A stretch of DNA of 64,000 nt. It comes from Bdellovibrionota bacterium FG-1 (GTDB taxonomy: Bacteria; Bdellovibrionota; UBA1018). Below are positions 32,456 to 43,770 of the stretch, one piece after another. The notes beneath the pieces were generated by a model. It saw only the letters and a program-made list of their open reading frames with translations, was not told the DNA's origin and made no database searches. The position numbers and the translations under genes are program-made. The stretch's first letter is position 1; each line of letters starts with the position of its first letter. The DNA lies in contig JBBCAW010000004.1 of NCBI GenBank assembly GCA_051382295.1, positions 75,053 to 139,052 of the forward strand. Direction: 5' to 3'.

Positions 32456-34381
32456 TCAACCTACCGTCATCCAGTAAAGAGCTAGAAGGGTTACCGTTCC
32501 GGAAACCAGCCACAAGCCGTATGTTTGTAATTGGCCCGATTGAGCCAGGGTAATAGTACCCCCCAATTTCCGCGTCAAACTTCCAGAAAGATTGACGGCC
32601 CCATCCACTACGTTGCGGTCAAACCAGGCGACCGGGGCCGCAATCCAACGAAAGATGATTTTATGCGTGATAAAGAGATAAATTTCGTCGAAGTAAAATT
32701 TCTTTTTGATGGTGGTGTACAGTCCGCCCATGGACTGGGCAATCCCCTCGATTTGGCGGGTGCTTTGCCGGCCATAAAAAAACCAGGAGAGTCCCAGCCC
32801 AATCACGGCCGCGAGCGTTCCAGGAATGGCAACTGCCAAATTAATTCCTGCATGCTCATGCTCATGCTCGGCGGAAATCCCGACGAACTCACCGAACGGG
32901 ATAAATCCGGTCGTGCACGACAATACTGCCAAAATCACTAACGGCAAAAGCATCGCGAAGGGCGCCTCATGTGCGTGATCCGAATGATGGTCTCTCGGTT
33001 TGCCCCAAAAAGTGAGAAGGTAAATTCGGGCCATATAGAAGGAAGTCAAAGCCGCGACCGTGAGGCCGCCTACAAAATGGAACCAGCGATGACCCTCAAC
33101 TGCGGCCCCCAAGATTTCATCCTTGGAGAAAAAGCCGGAAAACGGCCAAATTCCCGCGATCGCCAAAACGGCTATTAAAAAGGTGAGGTGGGTCACCGGC
33201 ATCTTCTTGCGGAGACCGCCCATTTCCCAGACATTATTGGTGTGAACGGCATGGATCACCGAGCCTGCTCCTAAAAATAACAAGGCTTTGAAAAACGCGT
33301 GATTAAAAAGATGAAACATCGACGCCGTATAACCTTGTGGGTGTTCCATGGTTGCGATGCCGAGTGCAAACATCATATAGCCAAGTTGGCTTAAGGTCGA
33401 AAACGCCAACACCCGTTTGATGTCATCCTGGGTGCAAGCAATGACGGCAGCGAAAGCGCTGGTGAACAAGCCCACGACCGCGACCACTTCCAGCGCATTG
33501 GGGGCAAAAGCAAAAACTGGAAACAGGCGGGCCACGAGGTAGACGCCCGCCACCACCATGGTCGCCGCATGAATCAGTGCTGAAACCGGAGTCGGGCCTT
33601 CCATTGCGTCAGGCAACCAAATATGAAGCGGAAACATCGCGCTTTTTCCCGCGGCGCCGCAATAGATGAGAATCAAGGCAAAAGTCAGGTATCCCGTTTG
33701 ACTCAGTTGCGACAGATTTTGAGGGTCCGTGAGAAAAGCAAAATCGAGAGGTTGGACGCCAGTCGCCTCATGCGGAATCTGAAATCCAAAGTAAGCCAAA
33801 GTTAAAATACCGATCAAAAATCCAAGGTCCGCGAAACGAGTGACGATAAACGCCTTCTTTGATGCTGCAACCGCCGAGGGCTTTTGGTAGTAAAAACCGA
33901 TCAATAAGAAGGAACTCACGCCGACGAGTTCCCAAAAAACGTACATCTGAAAAATATTCGGAGCCACGACCAAACCCAACATGCTGAAGGTAAAAAGACT
34001 GAGATAGGTGTAAAAGCGGCCATAACCGCTTTCGCCCTGCATGTACCCAGTTGAGTAAATGTGCACCAGAAAGCTCACCGTGGTGACCACCACCAGCATC
34101 ATCACTGAAATCGGATCAATCATCACGCCCATGCTGACGGTCAGGCCGGATTGAAATCTCAGCCACTCAAAGCTCCAGGCGGTCAGCGGCGCCGTGCCAG
34201 CGCCGTGGGAGCCAAAGTACTCAAATGCGAGGGCGTACGAGGCAACTGCCGCGCAAAAAAGCGAAAAGGTACCCGCCCAGCCGGCCGCTCTTTCCGAGAG
34301 GGGACGGATCACAAAACCGACTATCAAAAATGATAGCAGCGGCAGTGCGGGGATAATCCATGGATTTTCAAGAAGGTGCAT
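32456..34381 (-). CDS. nuoL: Complex I subunit L
   Basis: FWELVG, GKSAMFPLHIWLPDAMEGPTPVSALIHAATMV, HAFFKALLF, GFFSKDEI. Confidence 0.95.
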   Translation of the reverse strand: MHLLENPWIIPALPLLSFLIVGFVIRPLSERAAGWAGTFSLFCAAVASYALAFEYFGSHGAGTAPLTAWSFEWLRFQSGLTVSMGVMIDPISVMMLVVVTTVSFLVHIYSTGYMQGESGYGRFYTYLSLFTFSMLGLVVAPNIFQMYVFWELVGVSSFLLIGFYYQKPSAVAASKKAFIVTRFADLGFLIGILTLAYFGFQIPHEATGVQPLDFAFLTDPQNLSQLSQTGYLTFALILIYCGAAGKSAMFPLHIWLPDAMEGPTPVSALIHAATMVVAGVYLVARLFPVFAFAPNALEVVAVVGLFTSAFAAVIACTQDDIKRVLAFSTLSQLGYMMFALGIATMEHPQGYTASMFHLFNHAFFKALLFLGAGSVIHAVHTNNVWEMGGLRKKMPVTHLTFLIAVLAIAGIWPFSGFFSKDEILGAAVEGHRWFHFVGGLTVAALTSFYMARIYLLTFWGKPRDHHSDHAHEAPFAMLLPLVILAVLSCTTGFIPFGEFVGISAEHEHEHAGINLAVAIPGTLAAVIGLGLSWFFYGRQSTRQIEGIAQSMGGLYTTIKKKFYFDEIYLFITHKIIFRWIAAPVAWFDRNVVDGAVNLSGSLTRKLGGTITLAQSGQLQTYGLWLVSGTVTLLALYWMTVG

Positions 34382-34400
34382 AACAAATCCCTTACTTCGG

Positions 34401-34703
34401 TCAGTGTCTCAAAGCATGCAGACGGGTGACGTCGACGCTCTGTTTTTTTCTAAATAGCATCAATAAGATAGCCATACCCATCAAAAGCTCGGCTGCGGCT
34501 ACCCCCATCACAAAAATCGCCATAATTTGGCCATCGACTTGGGTGGGCGCTAAAAACCGATTAAAGATCACGAAATTCAGAGCAGCTGCATTGAGCATGA
34601 GCTCCACTGAAATCAGAATGCCCACTGCATTTCGACGAGTCAAAACGCCATAAATCCCAACTGAAAAAGAAAACAACGAAAGAAGCATCCAATAGAAAAT
34701 CAT
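34401..34703 (-). CDS. nuoK: Complex I subunit K
   Basis: 100 aa, 3 TM; RRN...SVELMLNA, GVAAAE. Confidence 0.93.
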   Translation of the reverse strand: MIFYWMLLSLFSFSVGIYGVLTRRNAVGILISVELMLNAAALNFVIFNRFLAPTQVDGQIMAIFVMGVAAAELLMGMAILLMLFRKKQSVDVTRLHALRH

Positions 34704-35218
34704 GACTGAGGCTCCTTTCGGGCAATCACAATGCCGGCGATCAAGACCGCCAGAAGGAGGATGGAAATCATTTCAAAAGGAAATACATACCCCGATGAGC
34801 CCGTATCTAAAAAGGCACGGCCAATGCTTTTTATGTCCGTCGTGCCGGCGTCGAGCGCATGATCTTGGGCCAGCGGTGAATTCCTAAGAAGCCAGGCTGA
34901 GGTTCCAAAAAAACTTGCACTTGCCGTAAATCCGACGACTTTTCGAAAAAGCGTTGGGCGGTCCTCAAGAAGGTCCATTGAACGGGTGAGCATGACGGCA
35001 AAAACCAGGACGACGACAATGCCACCGACGTAGACGAGGACTTGGGTCCCGGCTATAAAGTCAGCGCCGAGCATGAGATAAAGCCCTGCGCTCAAGCAAA
35101 GCACGCCCATTAAATAAATCGCCGAGCGTAAGATGTGTTTAGTCAGAACCGTCGCCAGCGCTAAAAGCGAGAGGGCTGCGGCCAGACCGAAGAAAACGAG
35201 GTCCATCGGAGAATTCAT
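34700..35218 (-). CDS. nuoJ: Complex I subunit J
   Basis: QVLVYVGGIVVVLVFAVML, PFEMISILLL. Confidence 0.93.
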   Translation of the reverse strand: MNSPMDLVFFGLAAALSLLALATVLTKHILRSAIYLMGVLCLSAGLYLMLGADFIAGTQVLVYVGGIVVVLVFAVMLTRSMDLLEDRPTLFRKVVGFTASASFFGTSAWLLRNSPLAQDHALDAGTTDIKSIGRAFLDTGSSGYVFPFEMISILLLAVLIAGIVIARKEPQS

Positions 35219-35844
35219 GATTTGGACTCCTGCTGAATACCCGCCAAAGGAAAGCCGGCCAAGGCAACCGGGCCCGCATAGGGTCCGCGGGGTTCGATGA
35301 GCTTCTGGCGTTCTGCGGGGTCTGCAGTCTTCAAAAGGACCGTTGAAACGGGACCCGCATATTTGGCTAAATTAAAAACCAAGAGCCGTTGGTCGTAGAC
35401 CGACGATTCAAAGGTTGCATTCATCTTGAGGCACTGGAACGGACAAACGAGCACACACAAATTGCAAAAAGTACAGCTATCCAAGCGCCAGATAAAGGTA
35501 TCGAGTTCTACCTTACTCACCGCAGGCTTAGGTCGTTCGACCACGTGAATCGACGCATTCGGGCAAGCCTGTTCGCAAATATGACAAGCCGTACATTTAT
35601 AAAAACCATTTTCATCATGAACCATCGAAAGCTGCGCGCGCACGCGATCCGCGAGTTTGAGCGTGTTCCGATTTTCAGGGTATTGTTGAGTTACGACCGT
35701 CGAAGGATGACTGAAATATCGGAAGGTAATTCGCATCCCCTTAAGGAGAGATTTCAGGCCAAAGAAAAACTGCTGAAGCGGTCCTCTCTCTGGGAGGCGC
35801 GGAGTAGGCTGCGTGTTAAGGTCATTGCCAAGTGGAGAAGTCAT
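35215..35844 (-). CDS. nuoI: Complex I subunit I (2x[4Fe-4S])
   Basis: TQQYPE, CTACHICEQACP, CTFCNLCVLVCP; ATG 35844 overlaps the nuoH stop (ATGA). Confidence 0.92.
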   Translation of the reverse strand: MTSPLGNDLNTQPTPRLPERGPLQQFFFGLKSLLKGMRITFRYFSHPSTVVTQQYPENRNTLKLADRVRAQLSMVHDENGFYKCTACHICEQACPNASIHVVERPKPAVSKVELDTFIWRLDSCTFCNLCVLVCPFQCLKMNATFESSVYDQRLLVFNLAKYAGPVSTVLLKTADPAERQKLIEPRGPYAGPVALAGFPLAGIQQESKS

Positions 35845-36923
35845 GCAGCACCTGCAAAAAAGTAGAGGCCACTGAGGACCAGGATTGCGGATAAGGCGAC
35901 GTTGATCAGGCCGATCGGAAGAAAAACTTTCCATTCCAGTTTCATGAGCTGATCCATTCGTAATCTTGGAAAGGTCCACCTGAACCACATAATAAGAAAC
36001 ACAATTGCAGAGACCTTGAGTGAAAACCAAATTCCAGGAGGGATCACGTCCATCACTTGATTGAAGAGCGTGAAGTTACCGATGTGAAAGGGCATCCAGC
36101 CGCCCCAAAAAAGCGTAGCCCCCATCGCGGCGACAATAAACAAGTTCATGTACTCAGCGAGAAAGAAGAAAGCAAACCGCATCCCTGAATATTCGGTATG
36201 AAAACCCGCCGTAAGTTCGCTCTCGCCTTCGGCCAAGTCAAAAGGAGTGCGATTGATTTCCGCGGTCGAGGCCACCAAAAAAAGAATAAAAGAGACAAAG
36301 CCGACCAGAGGGGCTCTCCAAATCCACCAACCTTGGGCTTGGGACAAAACGATCTCAGACAGTTTGAGTGATCCTGAGAATATGACGATGACAAGAATCG
36401 ATAGGGTGACCGAAAGTTCATAGGAGATGATCTGCGCGCCTGCACGCATGGCCCCGAGCAAGGACCATTTATTATTGGAACTCCAACCCCCAATGAGAAT
36501 GCCGATCACACTCAATCCGCTGACTGCGGAGATATAAAGCACTCCGATATTCATATCCGAAAGCGCGATTTTAGGGCTTGCGGGCAGCGCCGTGATCGCT
36601 AGAAAGGCCGCAATAATGCACAAAAGAGGCGCCAAGGCGTGAAGAAAGTGATCTGCCTGAGTAGGGACAATGTCTTCTTTCAGGAGAAGCTTTAGCGAAT
36701 CCGCCACGGTTTGGAGTGTTCCATGCCAGCCCACGCGCATAGGCCCAAGCCGGCATTGAAAATGGGCCGCAACCTTGCGTTCCGCGTACACAAGGACCAT
36801 CGCTGAAAGGGAGGCAAAGCCCACTAATGCAGCGAGCCCCCCAATAGCGTAGACGACCGCTATAATGGGCGCATCGCTAACGGTTTCTGAAACGATTTTG
36901 CTTAACGAGGTGACTTCGAACAT
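35841..36923 (-). CDS. nuoH: Complex I subunit H
   Basis: ERKVAA.FQ.RLGP.RVG, ADSLKLLLKED, SNNKWSLLGAMRA, NRTPFDLAEGESEL, PRLRMDQL. Confidence 0.95.
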   Translation of the reverse strand: MFEVTSLSKIVSETVSDAPIIAVVYAIGGLAALVGFASLSAMVLVYAERKVAAHFQCRLGPMRVGWHGTLQTVADSLKLLLKEDIVPTQADHFLHALAPLLCIIAAFLAITALPASPKIALSDMNIGVLYISAVSGLSVIGILIGGWSSNNKWSLLGAMRAGAQIISYELSVTLSILVIVIFSGSLKLSEIVLSQAQGWWIWRAPLVGFVSFILFLVASTAEINRTPFDLAEGESELTAGFHTEYSGMRFAFFFLAEYMNLFIVAAMGATLFWGGWMPFHIGNFTLFNQVMDVIPPGIWFSLKVSAIVFLIMWFRWTFPRLRMDQLMKLEWKVFLPIGLINVALSAILVLSGLYFFAGAA

Positions 36924-36932
36924 TCAAACTCC

Positions 36933-38096
36933 TCAGCGGTCGATATCCGGGACGACGATGTCCAAAGATGAGAGAATGGCTACCAAATCCGCGATTCGCC
37001 ACCCCTTCGCCATGTGCGCAACCGACCATAGATTGTTGAAATTGGGTGAGCGAAAATGCATCCGATACGGTTTTTCAGTACCATCGGAGACAAAATAAAC
37101 TCCGAGGACACCCCGAGCGGTTTCCATTTGGCTATAATAGGATCCCTCTGGAACCCGGATTTTAGCGCCAAACTTCATCATCATCGTTTTGCCTTCAGGA
37201 ATATTGTCGATCAATTGTTCGACAATCCCGAGAGATTCACGAATTTCTTGCATCCGAACCGCATAACGATCCCAGCAATCACCGACCGTTCCGACGGGGA
37301 TTGCAAATTGAACCTTGGAGTAAACTCCATAGGGCTCAAGCTTTCGAAGATCATGAGGTTCGCCACTCGCCCGAAGCACTGGGCCGGTTGTGCCAAGGCT
37401 AATAGCGGTTTTTCGGTCCAAAATGCCGACGTTTCGCAGACGCTCTTGAACAATAATGTTTCCGGTGAAGAGCTCGTCGTATTCTTTGAGAATGGGCTTG
37501 AAATAGGTGATGAATTTTTTGACGTCCGCCACAAAATCCGGATGAATGTCATACATCAAGCCACCGGGCTGGATGTAGTTCATGGTCAGGCGGGCTCCGA
37601 TGGTCTGTTCAAAAATCGCGGTGATTTTTTCGCGATCGCGAAAGCCATAAAGGAACGGCGTAAAGGCGCCCAAATCCATCCCGAAAACACCCCACCACAG
37701 GAGGTGGCTTTGAATTCGTTGCAGTTCGGCAATAATCGTCCGGATCGTTTCGATTCGATCCGTGAGTTCCGTTTTCATCGCTTTTTCAACTGCCGACGAA
37801 AGGGCCCAGTTGTTCATGAGCGCGCAAATGTAATCCAAACGATCCGTGAGGTGGACTTGCTGCCGATAGCCCACCTTTTCGGCCTTCTTTTCGAGGCCAC
37901 GATGGACGTAGCCGAGCACTGGAATGACTTCGCGAACCACTTCGCCGTCCAGGCGCAAAACAAGCCGAAGCACTCCGTGGGTAGAAGGATGCTGAGGCCC
38001 CATGTTCACAAAATATTCTTGGGTGGCGATGGAAGAGTCTTCAGGGTGTGGTCTCTTCAGTTTGCCTTCGAGCGTACCAACTTCGACGTTTACCAT
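36933..38096 (-). CDS. nuoD: Complex I subunit D
   Basis: NMGPQHPSTHGVLRL, GYVHRGLEK, DRLDY, C-terminal PDIDR; no NiFe-binding CxxC; ATG 38096 overlaps the nuoC end. Confidence 0.95.
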   Translation of the reverse strand: MVNVEVGTLEGKLKRPHPEDSSIATQEYFVNMGPQHPSTHGVLRLVLRLDGEVVREVIPVLGYVHRGLEKKAEKVGYRQQVHLTDRLDYICALMNNWALSSAVEKAMKTELTDRIETIRTIIAELQRIQSHLLWWGVFGMDLGAFTPFLYGFRDREKITAIFEQTIGARLTMNYIQPGGLMYDIHPDFVADVKKFITYFKPILKEYDELFTGNIIVQERLRNVGILDRKTAISLGTTGPVLRASGEPHDLRKLEPYGVYSKVQFAIPVGTVGDCWDRYAVRMQEIRESLGIVEQLIDNIPEGKTMMMKFGAKIRVPEGSYYSQMETARGVLGVYFVSDGTEKPYRMHFRSPNFNNLWSVAHMAKGWRIADLVAILSSLDIVVPDIDR

Positions 38097-38554
38097 GGGC
38101 GCTCCAACATAAAGTCGTCTTTGTAATCCTTGAGGAGGGGGTGTCCCTTCCAATCGTCTTCTAAAAGAAGTCGGCGTAAGTCAGGGTGATTGCTATAACG
38201 AACGCCAAAGAGATCGTATATTTCGCGTTCCTGCCATTCTGCTATGGCCCAAATATCTGCGACGGATGGGACGACGCCTTCAGACCTTGAGGTATCGATG
38301 GATACCATGAGATATTGGCGAAGGCTCGTCGAATAAAGCTGGTACACGAGCTCGATTCGTTGTTGCGCCGGCCAATCGATCGCCGTGTGCGCGCAAAGCA
38401 TGTCAAACGCGAACCTAGGGTCAGTCCGCAAGACCTGCATGATGGAGTGAGCTTGTTGGAGGGGTAATACCACGGCCACGCGGTCCGCTTTTTCGCGAAC
38501 TTTGATGTCGGGGTTGAGCGCTAATATTGCAGTTTGAAATTCAGCCGATTCCAT
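38090..38554 (-). CDS. nuoC: Complex I subunit C
   Basis: [26 protein letters not shown]...[10 protein letters not shown]. Confidence 0.95.
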   Translation of the reverse strand: MESAEFQTAILALNPDIKVREKADRVAVVLPLQQAHSIMQVLRTDPRFAFDMLCAHTAIDWPAQQRIELVYQLYSTSLRQYLMVSIDTSRSEGVVPSVADIWAIAEWQEREIYDLFGVRYSNHPDLRRLLLEDDWKGHPLLKDYKDDFMLERPW

Positions 38555-39149
38555 GGGGAGAAACCACTGCCTTTTCTTGGAGATTAAGAATCATTTCTTT
38601 ACGAATATCATCGATAGTAATGCCGGGAGGCAAGGCCGCCAGCACCGGACTCCGACGTTCGCCGGGTTTGCGAAGGGTTTCGCCAGTTTTGATCATACGT
38701 TGCAAGGTGAGAAGTCCATAAAAGAAGGCTTCCGGACGAGGAGGGCATCCAGGCACATAGACGTCGACGGGAATGACTTCATGCGCGCCTCGAATGGTCG
38801 AGTAGGACTCATAAATAAAAGGTCCACCCGAGATTGCACAGGCTCCAGTGGCGATGACGTATTTGGGTTCAGCCATTTGTTCGTAAAGCGTCCGCAAGCG
38901 AGGGGCCATCCGCTTAACGATCGTTCCGGCAATGACCAATAAGTCGGCTTGCCGTGGCGATGGTCGTGCGACTTCAGCGCCAAAGCGAGCGAGATCGTGG
39001 TGACTGGCGCCTGTGGCCATCATGACCTCAATGGCGCAACAGCTGGTTCCAAAGGTCAGCGGCCAAAGACTGTTGGCTCGCGCCCAGTTGATTGCGGCAT
39101 CCACGCTCGTGAGAAGCCCACCGCTCCCTTGTTCGGTATTCACTCCCAT
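38541..39149 (-). CDS. nuoB: Complex I subunit B (cluster N2)
   Basis: [46 protein letters not shown] 39149 overlaps the nuoA end. Confidence 0.95.
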   Translation of the reverse strand: MGVNTEQGSGGLLTSVDAAINWARANSLWPLTFGTSCCAIEVMMATGASHHDLARFGAEVARPSPRQADLLVIAGTIVKRMAPRLRTLYEQMAEPKYVIATGACAISGGPFIYESYSTIRGAHEVIPVDVYVPGCPPRPEAFFYGLLTLQRMIKTGETLRKPGERRSPVLAALPPGITIDDIRKEMILNLQEKAVVSPHGIG

Positions 39150-39490
39150 TCCAGGGCTCCTTTTCTCCAGGCGTAAGCCAAGCCCATCACCAACACGAGG
39201 ATGAAAAAGACGACCTCGATAAATCCAGTGATCCCGACTTCTCGGAGGACTACGGCCCACGGAAACAAAAAGGCCGCTTCGACCTCAAAAACCAAGAAAA
39301 TGAGTCCGAAGATGTAATAAGCGACATTAAATTGAAACCACGCATTGCCGATGGTCTCTTCGCCGCACTCATACGTGGAATTCTTTATTTTTCCAGGGTG
39401 ATGAGGGGCTACCAAGCGCGATAAGAGTAAAGCTCCCACCACCAGCAGCACGGCGGCCCCGATGACTGGGAGGATAAACAGGTACTCCAT
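39140..39490 (-). CDS. nuoA: Complex I subunit A
   Basis: [31 protein letters not shown]. Confidence 0.95.
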   Translation of the reverse strand: MEYLFILPVIGAAVLLVVGALLLSRLVAPHHPGKIKNSTYECGEETIGNAWFQFNVAYYIFGLIFLVFEVEAAFLFPWAVVLREVGITGFIEVVFFILVLVMGLAYAWRKGALEWE

Positions 39491-39493
39491 TTT

Positions 39494-40543
<1,050 letters not shown>

Positions 40544-40546
40544 GGT

Positions 40547-42409
40547 TTACGCTCCTAGAATAGATCGGATCTTGGTTTCGATCTCGTCGACGGTAAAAGG
40601 CTGACCTTGGACTTTATTCAGGCGTTCGGTGTTGATGAGATATTCGCCTCGAAGCATAAACCAAAGCTGACCTTGATTGTTTTCCGGCAGAAGAACTTTT
40701 TTGTACTTCTGTAACAATCCCTTAAGATCAGGTGGAAGCGGATTGATATACCTTAAATGGGCACATGCAACCTTGACTCCCTGTTGACTGAGGTTACGAA
40801 CTGCAGTCTTAATTGCACCGGCGGTACCGCCCCAACCTAGGACGAGGAGTTCGGCGTCTTTATGGCCGTAAATCTCAGTCGGTGGAATGTCTTGCGCAAC
40901 CCGCGCTACTTTTTCAGCGCGGAGTTTTACCATTTTTTCATGGTTAGCGGGTGACTGGCTCACTGTGCCCGTGCCGTCTTCTTTTTCAAGGCCGCCTAGA
41001 CGGTGTTCCAAACCGGGAGTTCCAGGGATGGCCCAAGGACGAGCGAGCGTCTTGGGGTTGCGCTCATAGGGCTTAAAGTCGTTCGGGTCTTTTCGGAATT
41101 CGACATGGATAGGGGGAAGTTCGTCAAGTGAAGGCACGCGCCACACTTCGGCACCATTTCCAAGATAGCCTTCGCTCAACATAATGACTGGAGTCATGTA
41201 TTTGGTTGCGATCCGCGAAGCCTCAAAAGCGACATCAAAACAATCCTTCGGTGAGCTAGAAGCCAAGACGACGATGGGAGATTCACCATGGCGCCCCCAC
41301 ATGGCTTGTAAGAGGTCGGATTGTTCTGTTTTGGTGGGCAGCCCGGTTGAAGGACCACCTCGTTGAACATCGATGATGACCATGGGTAATTCGACCATGA
41401 CAGTCAGATTCATAAATTCGCTTTTGAGCGAAAACCCCGGACCAGAAGTGGTCGTGGCCGCTAAAGCTCCGCCAAAGGAAGCTCCCAAGGTTGCACCGAT
41501 GGCCGCGATTTCGTCTTCAGCCTGAAACACGGTAGCGAAATCACGATATTTGGTGAGTTCGTGCATGATGTCTGTGGCTGGCGTGATGGGATAGCTGCCG
41601 AGGAAAAGCTTGAGGCCCAATTTTTGAGCCGCCGCGATCAAACCGAGTGCCGCTGCTTGGTTGCCGGTAATATTGCGATACACGCCGGCCTTCTGGGGCT
41701 GAGCTGTACGATTCAAAAGGTAGGAGTGCGTAAAGAAGTCGCTGGTTTCTGGAAACTCGCGGCCCGCCTTGAGAGCGGCCAAGTTAGCGGCCAAAATCTC
41801 GGGTTTGGTCTGAAATTTCTTTTCAAGCCATTTGACGGTGTAGTCGATTTTGCGGTTGAAGAGCCAATAGACCATTCCGAGCGCAAACAGATTTTTGCAC
41901 CGTTCAGCTTCTTTTGTTCCCAACGAAAGGTGTGAGAGCGCCTTGAGGGTCAGGGCTGACATCGGAATCCGCACGACGTGGAACTTGGATAATTCGGGAC
42001 TATCCAGAGGGTTTTCTTTATAGCCTGCTTTTTCGAGATTTTTTGGGGTAAATGCGTCTTCGTTGACGATGATATAACCTTCGGGACGGACGTTTTGAAG
42101 ATTCACCTTGAGGGCAGGGGGGTTCATTGCCATCAATACGTCGTAGCGATCACCGGGGGTAAATACCTCCGTGCCACCAATACAGACCTGGAAGCCCGAA
42201 ACGCCAAATATCGTGCCGGCAGGGGCACGAATTTCAGAGGGATAATCTGGGAGAGTTGCGAAAAAGTCGCCATTTACGGCACTCGTGCTGGTAAATTGTT
42301 CGCCCACCAATTGCATACCATCGCCGGAATCGCCACCGAAGCGAAGGACAGCGGTATCAACCTTTTTAGTGGGTTTAGTGGATTTAATAGGGGCAAGAGC
42401 TTCTTGCAT
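40547..42409 (-). CDS. korA: 2-oxoacid:ferredoxin oxidoreductase alpha subunit (gamma-alpha fusion, KorA-like)
   Basis: FGGDSGDGMQL, YPSEIRAP, SYPITPAT, QAEDEIAA, TTTSGPG, QRGGPSTGLPTKTEQSD; ATG 42409 with GGAG. Confidence 0.92.
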   Translation of the reverse strand: MQEALAPIKSTKPTKKVDTAVLRFGGDSGDGMQLVGEQFTSTSAVNGDFFATLPDYPSEIRAPAGTIFGVSGFQVCIGGTEVFTPGDRYDVLMAMNPPALKVNLQNVRPEGYIIVNEDAFTPKNLEKAGYKENPLDSPELSKFHVVRIPMSALTLKALSHLSLGTKEAERCKNLFALGMVYWLFNRKIDYTVKWLEKKFQTKPEILAANLAALKAGREFPETSDFFTHSYLLNRTAQPQKAGVYRNITGNQAAALGLIAAAQKLGLKLFLGSYPITPATDIMHELTKYRDFATVFQAEDEIAAIGATLGASFGGALAATTTSGPGFSLKSEFMNLTVMVELPMVIIDVQRGGPSTGLPTKTEQSDLLQAMWGRHGESPIVVLASSSPKDCFDVAFEASRIATKYMTPVIMLSEGYLGNGAEVWRVPSLDELPPIHVEFRKDPNDFKPYERNPKTLARPWAIPGTPGLEHRLGGLEKEDGTGTVSQSPANHEKMVKLRAEKVARVAQDIPPTEIYGHKDAELLVLGWGGTAGAIKTAVRNLSQQGVKVACAHLRYINPLPPDLKGLLQKYKKVLLPENNQGQLWFMLRGEYLINTERLNKVQGQPFTVDEIETKIRSILGA

Positions 42410-42474
42410 CGGGTGACTCCTCAGTACTCTTAGATAAAGTGGAGTCTTACAATTAGCCGAACTGATTCTGGGAC

Positions 42475-42575
42475 GCAACAAAACGTCGCCACATTTGGGC
42501 AGATCTTATTCAGGAATGAGTATATTGCGGTGCACGATGGCTTTCGAGCGCACAACTCGAGTGACATAATGTCTC
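42475..42575. promoter_or_regulatory. Two candidate RegA/RegR-type boxes in the divergent korA / hemerythrin promoter
   Basis: Minus strand reads GCGACGTTTTGTTGC (42475-42489) and GAGACATTATGTCAC (42561-42575), each one mismatch from the RegR box as I recall it (GNGRCRTTNNGNCGC). Confidence 0.35.
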
Positions 42576-42634
42576 AAAAAATTAGCTTGTCGCCTTTTTT
42601 GGGGGGTGATCTATTTGGGTCATCGGGGGAAAAG

Positions 42635-43069
42635 ATGGAATTAGCGCCAAGCGTTGTGCGGAAGATTATTTTGGAAGAGCATGAGCAGCTCAGAACCAAG
42701 CTTAAGGCGATCGAAAATCTGATCGAGCGCAAAGATTTTGGCTCCCTTCAAAACCAGCTTCGTGAGCTTCAGTTTTTCTTTCTAAAGCACATTGCCCAGG
42801 AAGAATCCATTTTACGGCCCGTTTTAAAGGACCTGGACGCTTGGGGAGATGTTCGAGTTGAAAGGATGAATGCGGAGCACGCCGCTCAGAGAAAAGAGAT
42901 TCAGGCGCTGGATCAACTCATTTTAACCGGCAAACCGGACAAATATCTGGAGCCGGTCAAAAAATTTATCGAAGAACTCTATTGTGATATGGCTTCGGAA
43001 GAAAAAGAATGTTTGCATCCCGATGTTTTGAAGGATGATCCGATTTCTATCAATACGAGTTGCGGCTGA
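42635..43069 (+). CDS. Hemerythrin-like (HHE) domain protein
   Basis: EEHEQLR, KHIAQEESIL.P, AEHAAQR, DMASEE pattern; ATG 42635. Confidence 0.75.
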   Translation: MELAPSVVRKIILEEHEQLRTKLKAIENLIERKDFGSLQNQLRELQFFFLKHIAQEESILRPVLKDLDAWGDVRVERMNAEHAAQRKEIQALDQLILTGKPDKYLEPVKKFIEELYCDMASEEKECLHPDVLKDDPISINTSCG

Positions 43070-43100
43070 AACAAGTCAAAGAAAGTAAGAAAGAAAAACC

Positions 43101-43619
43101 ATGATCGACTTTAAAAAATTGTCCCTGAAGGATTGCCTGGATTTGGCCATTTTGGTCGAAGAAGAGGCGCGTGAGCGATACGAGAGTTTTGCCGAACAAA
43201 TCGGAGGTCGGTACAAAGGCGATGCGGGTGATTTTTTTATCGCGATGGCGGCTAATGAGGGCAAGCACGAAGAAGAACTTAGAAAACGCCGCAAAGAATT
43301 GTTTCAGGATGCGCCCACTACAGTGGACGGGAGCATGATTTGGGATGTTGAAGCGCCAGATGCAGGTAAGCCGCGCGCCTATATGTCTCCTCGGCAGGCT
43401 ATGTTGCTTGCCTTGGATGCTGAGAAGAAAGCTTACCACTTTTTTGATGATGCGCTGAAGCACATCCAAAATGACGAGGTTCGCGCCCTTTATCTCGAAT
43501 TGCGGCAAGAAGAAGTTTCGCATCAGCAGATGCTTCAGAACCAGCTGGATCTTCTCCCTGCGGATGGGGGTGGTCCCGACTTGAGTGAAGATGATGTGGA
43601 TGAGCCACCGCAGCTTTAA
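43101..43619 (+). CDS. Rubrerythrin-like ferritin-superfamily diiron protein (no rubredoxin domain)
   Basis: Two E...ExxH half-sites: AILVEEEARERY...NEGKH and ALDAEKKAYHFF...EEVSH. Confidence 0.85.
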   Translation: MIDFKKLSLKDCLDLAILVEEEARERYESFAEQIGGRYKGDAGDFFIAMAANEGKHEEELRKRRKELFQDAPTTVDGSMIWDVEAPDAGKPRAYMSPRQAMLLALDAEKKAYHFFDDALKHIQNDEVRALYLELRQEEVSHQQMLQNQLDLLPADGGGPDLSEDDVDEPPQL

Positions 43620-43639
43620 AAAGGTGCTCCGCACCTTTT
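43618..43639 (+). terminator. Short hairpin terminator
   Basis: AAAAGGTGC-TCC-GCACCTTTT directly after the stop codon. Confidence 0.5.
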
Positions 43640-43663
43640 GGTAGAGACTTGCGTCATAAATAC

Positions 43664-43704
43664 ACAAACGCCGCAGAACCCAGTTGAGTTCTACGGCGTT
43701 TTGT
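43664..43704. terminator. Probable bidirectional terminator between convergent genes
   Basis: AAACGCCGCAGAAC...GTTCTACGGCGTTT stem flanked by A/T runs. Confidence 0.65.
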
Positions 43705-43770
43705 TTACTTACAAAATGGTTTTCAGCTCAGTTTGACGCGGTAAGCATCAAAAAGTAACCGGGTACCTAT

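Noticed and set aside
37056..38126. 356-aa plus-strand ORF
   Set aside because: Antisense shadow of nuoD with no motifs.
36933..39149. Group 4 [NiFe]-hydrogenase or Mrp-type complex instead of complex I
   Set aside because: NuoD lacks both Ni-binding CxxC motifs, NuoB has the adjacent CC of complex I, and nuoA/J/K are present.
43050..43667. 205-aa minus-strand ORF
   Set aside because: Antisense to the rubrerythrin-like gene, which has clear diiron motifs.
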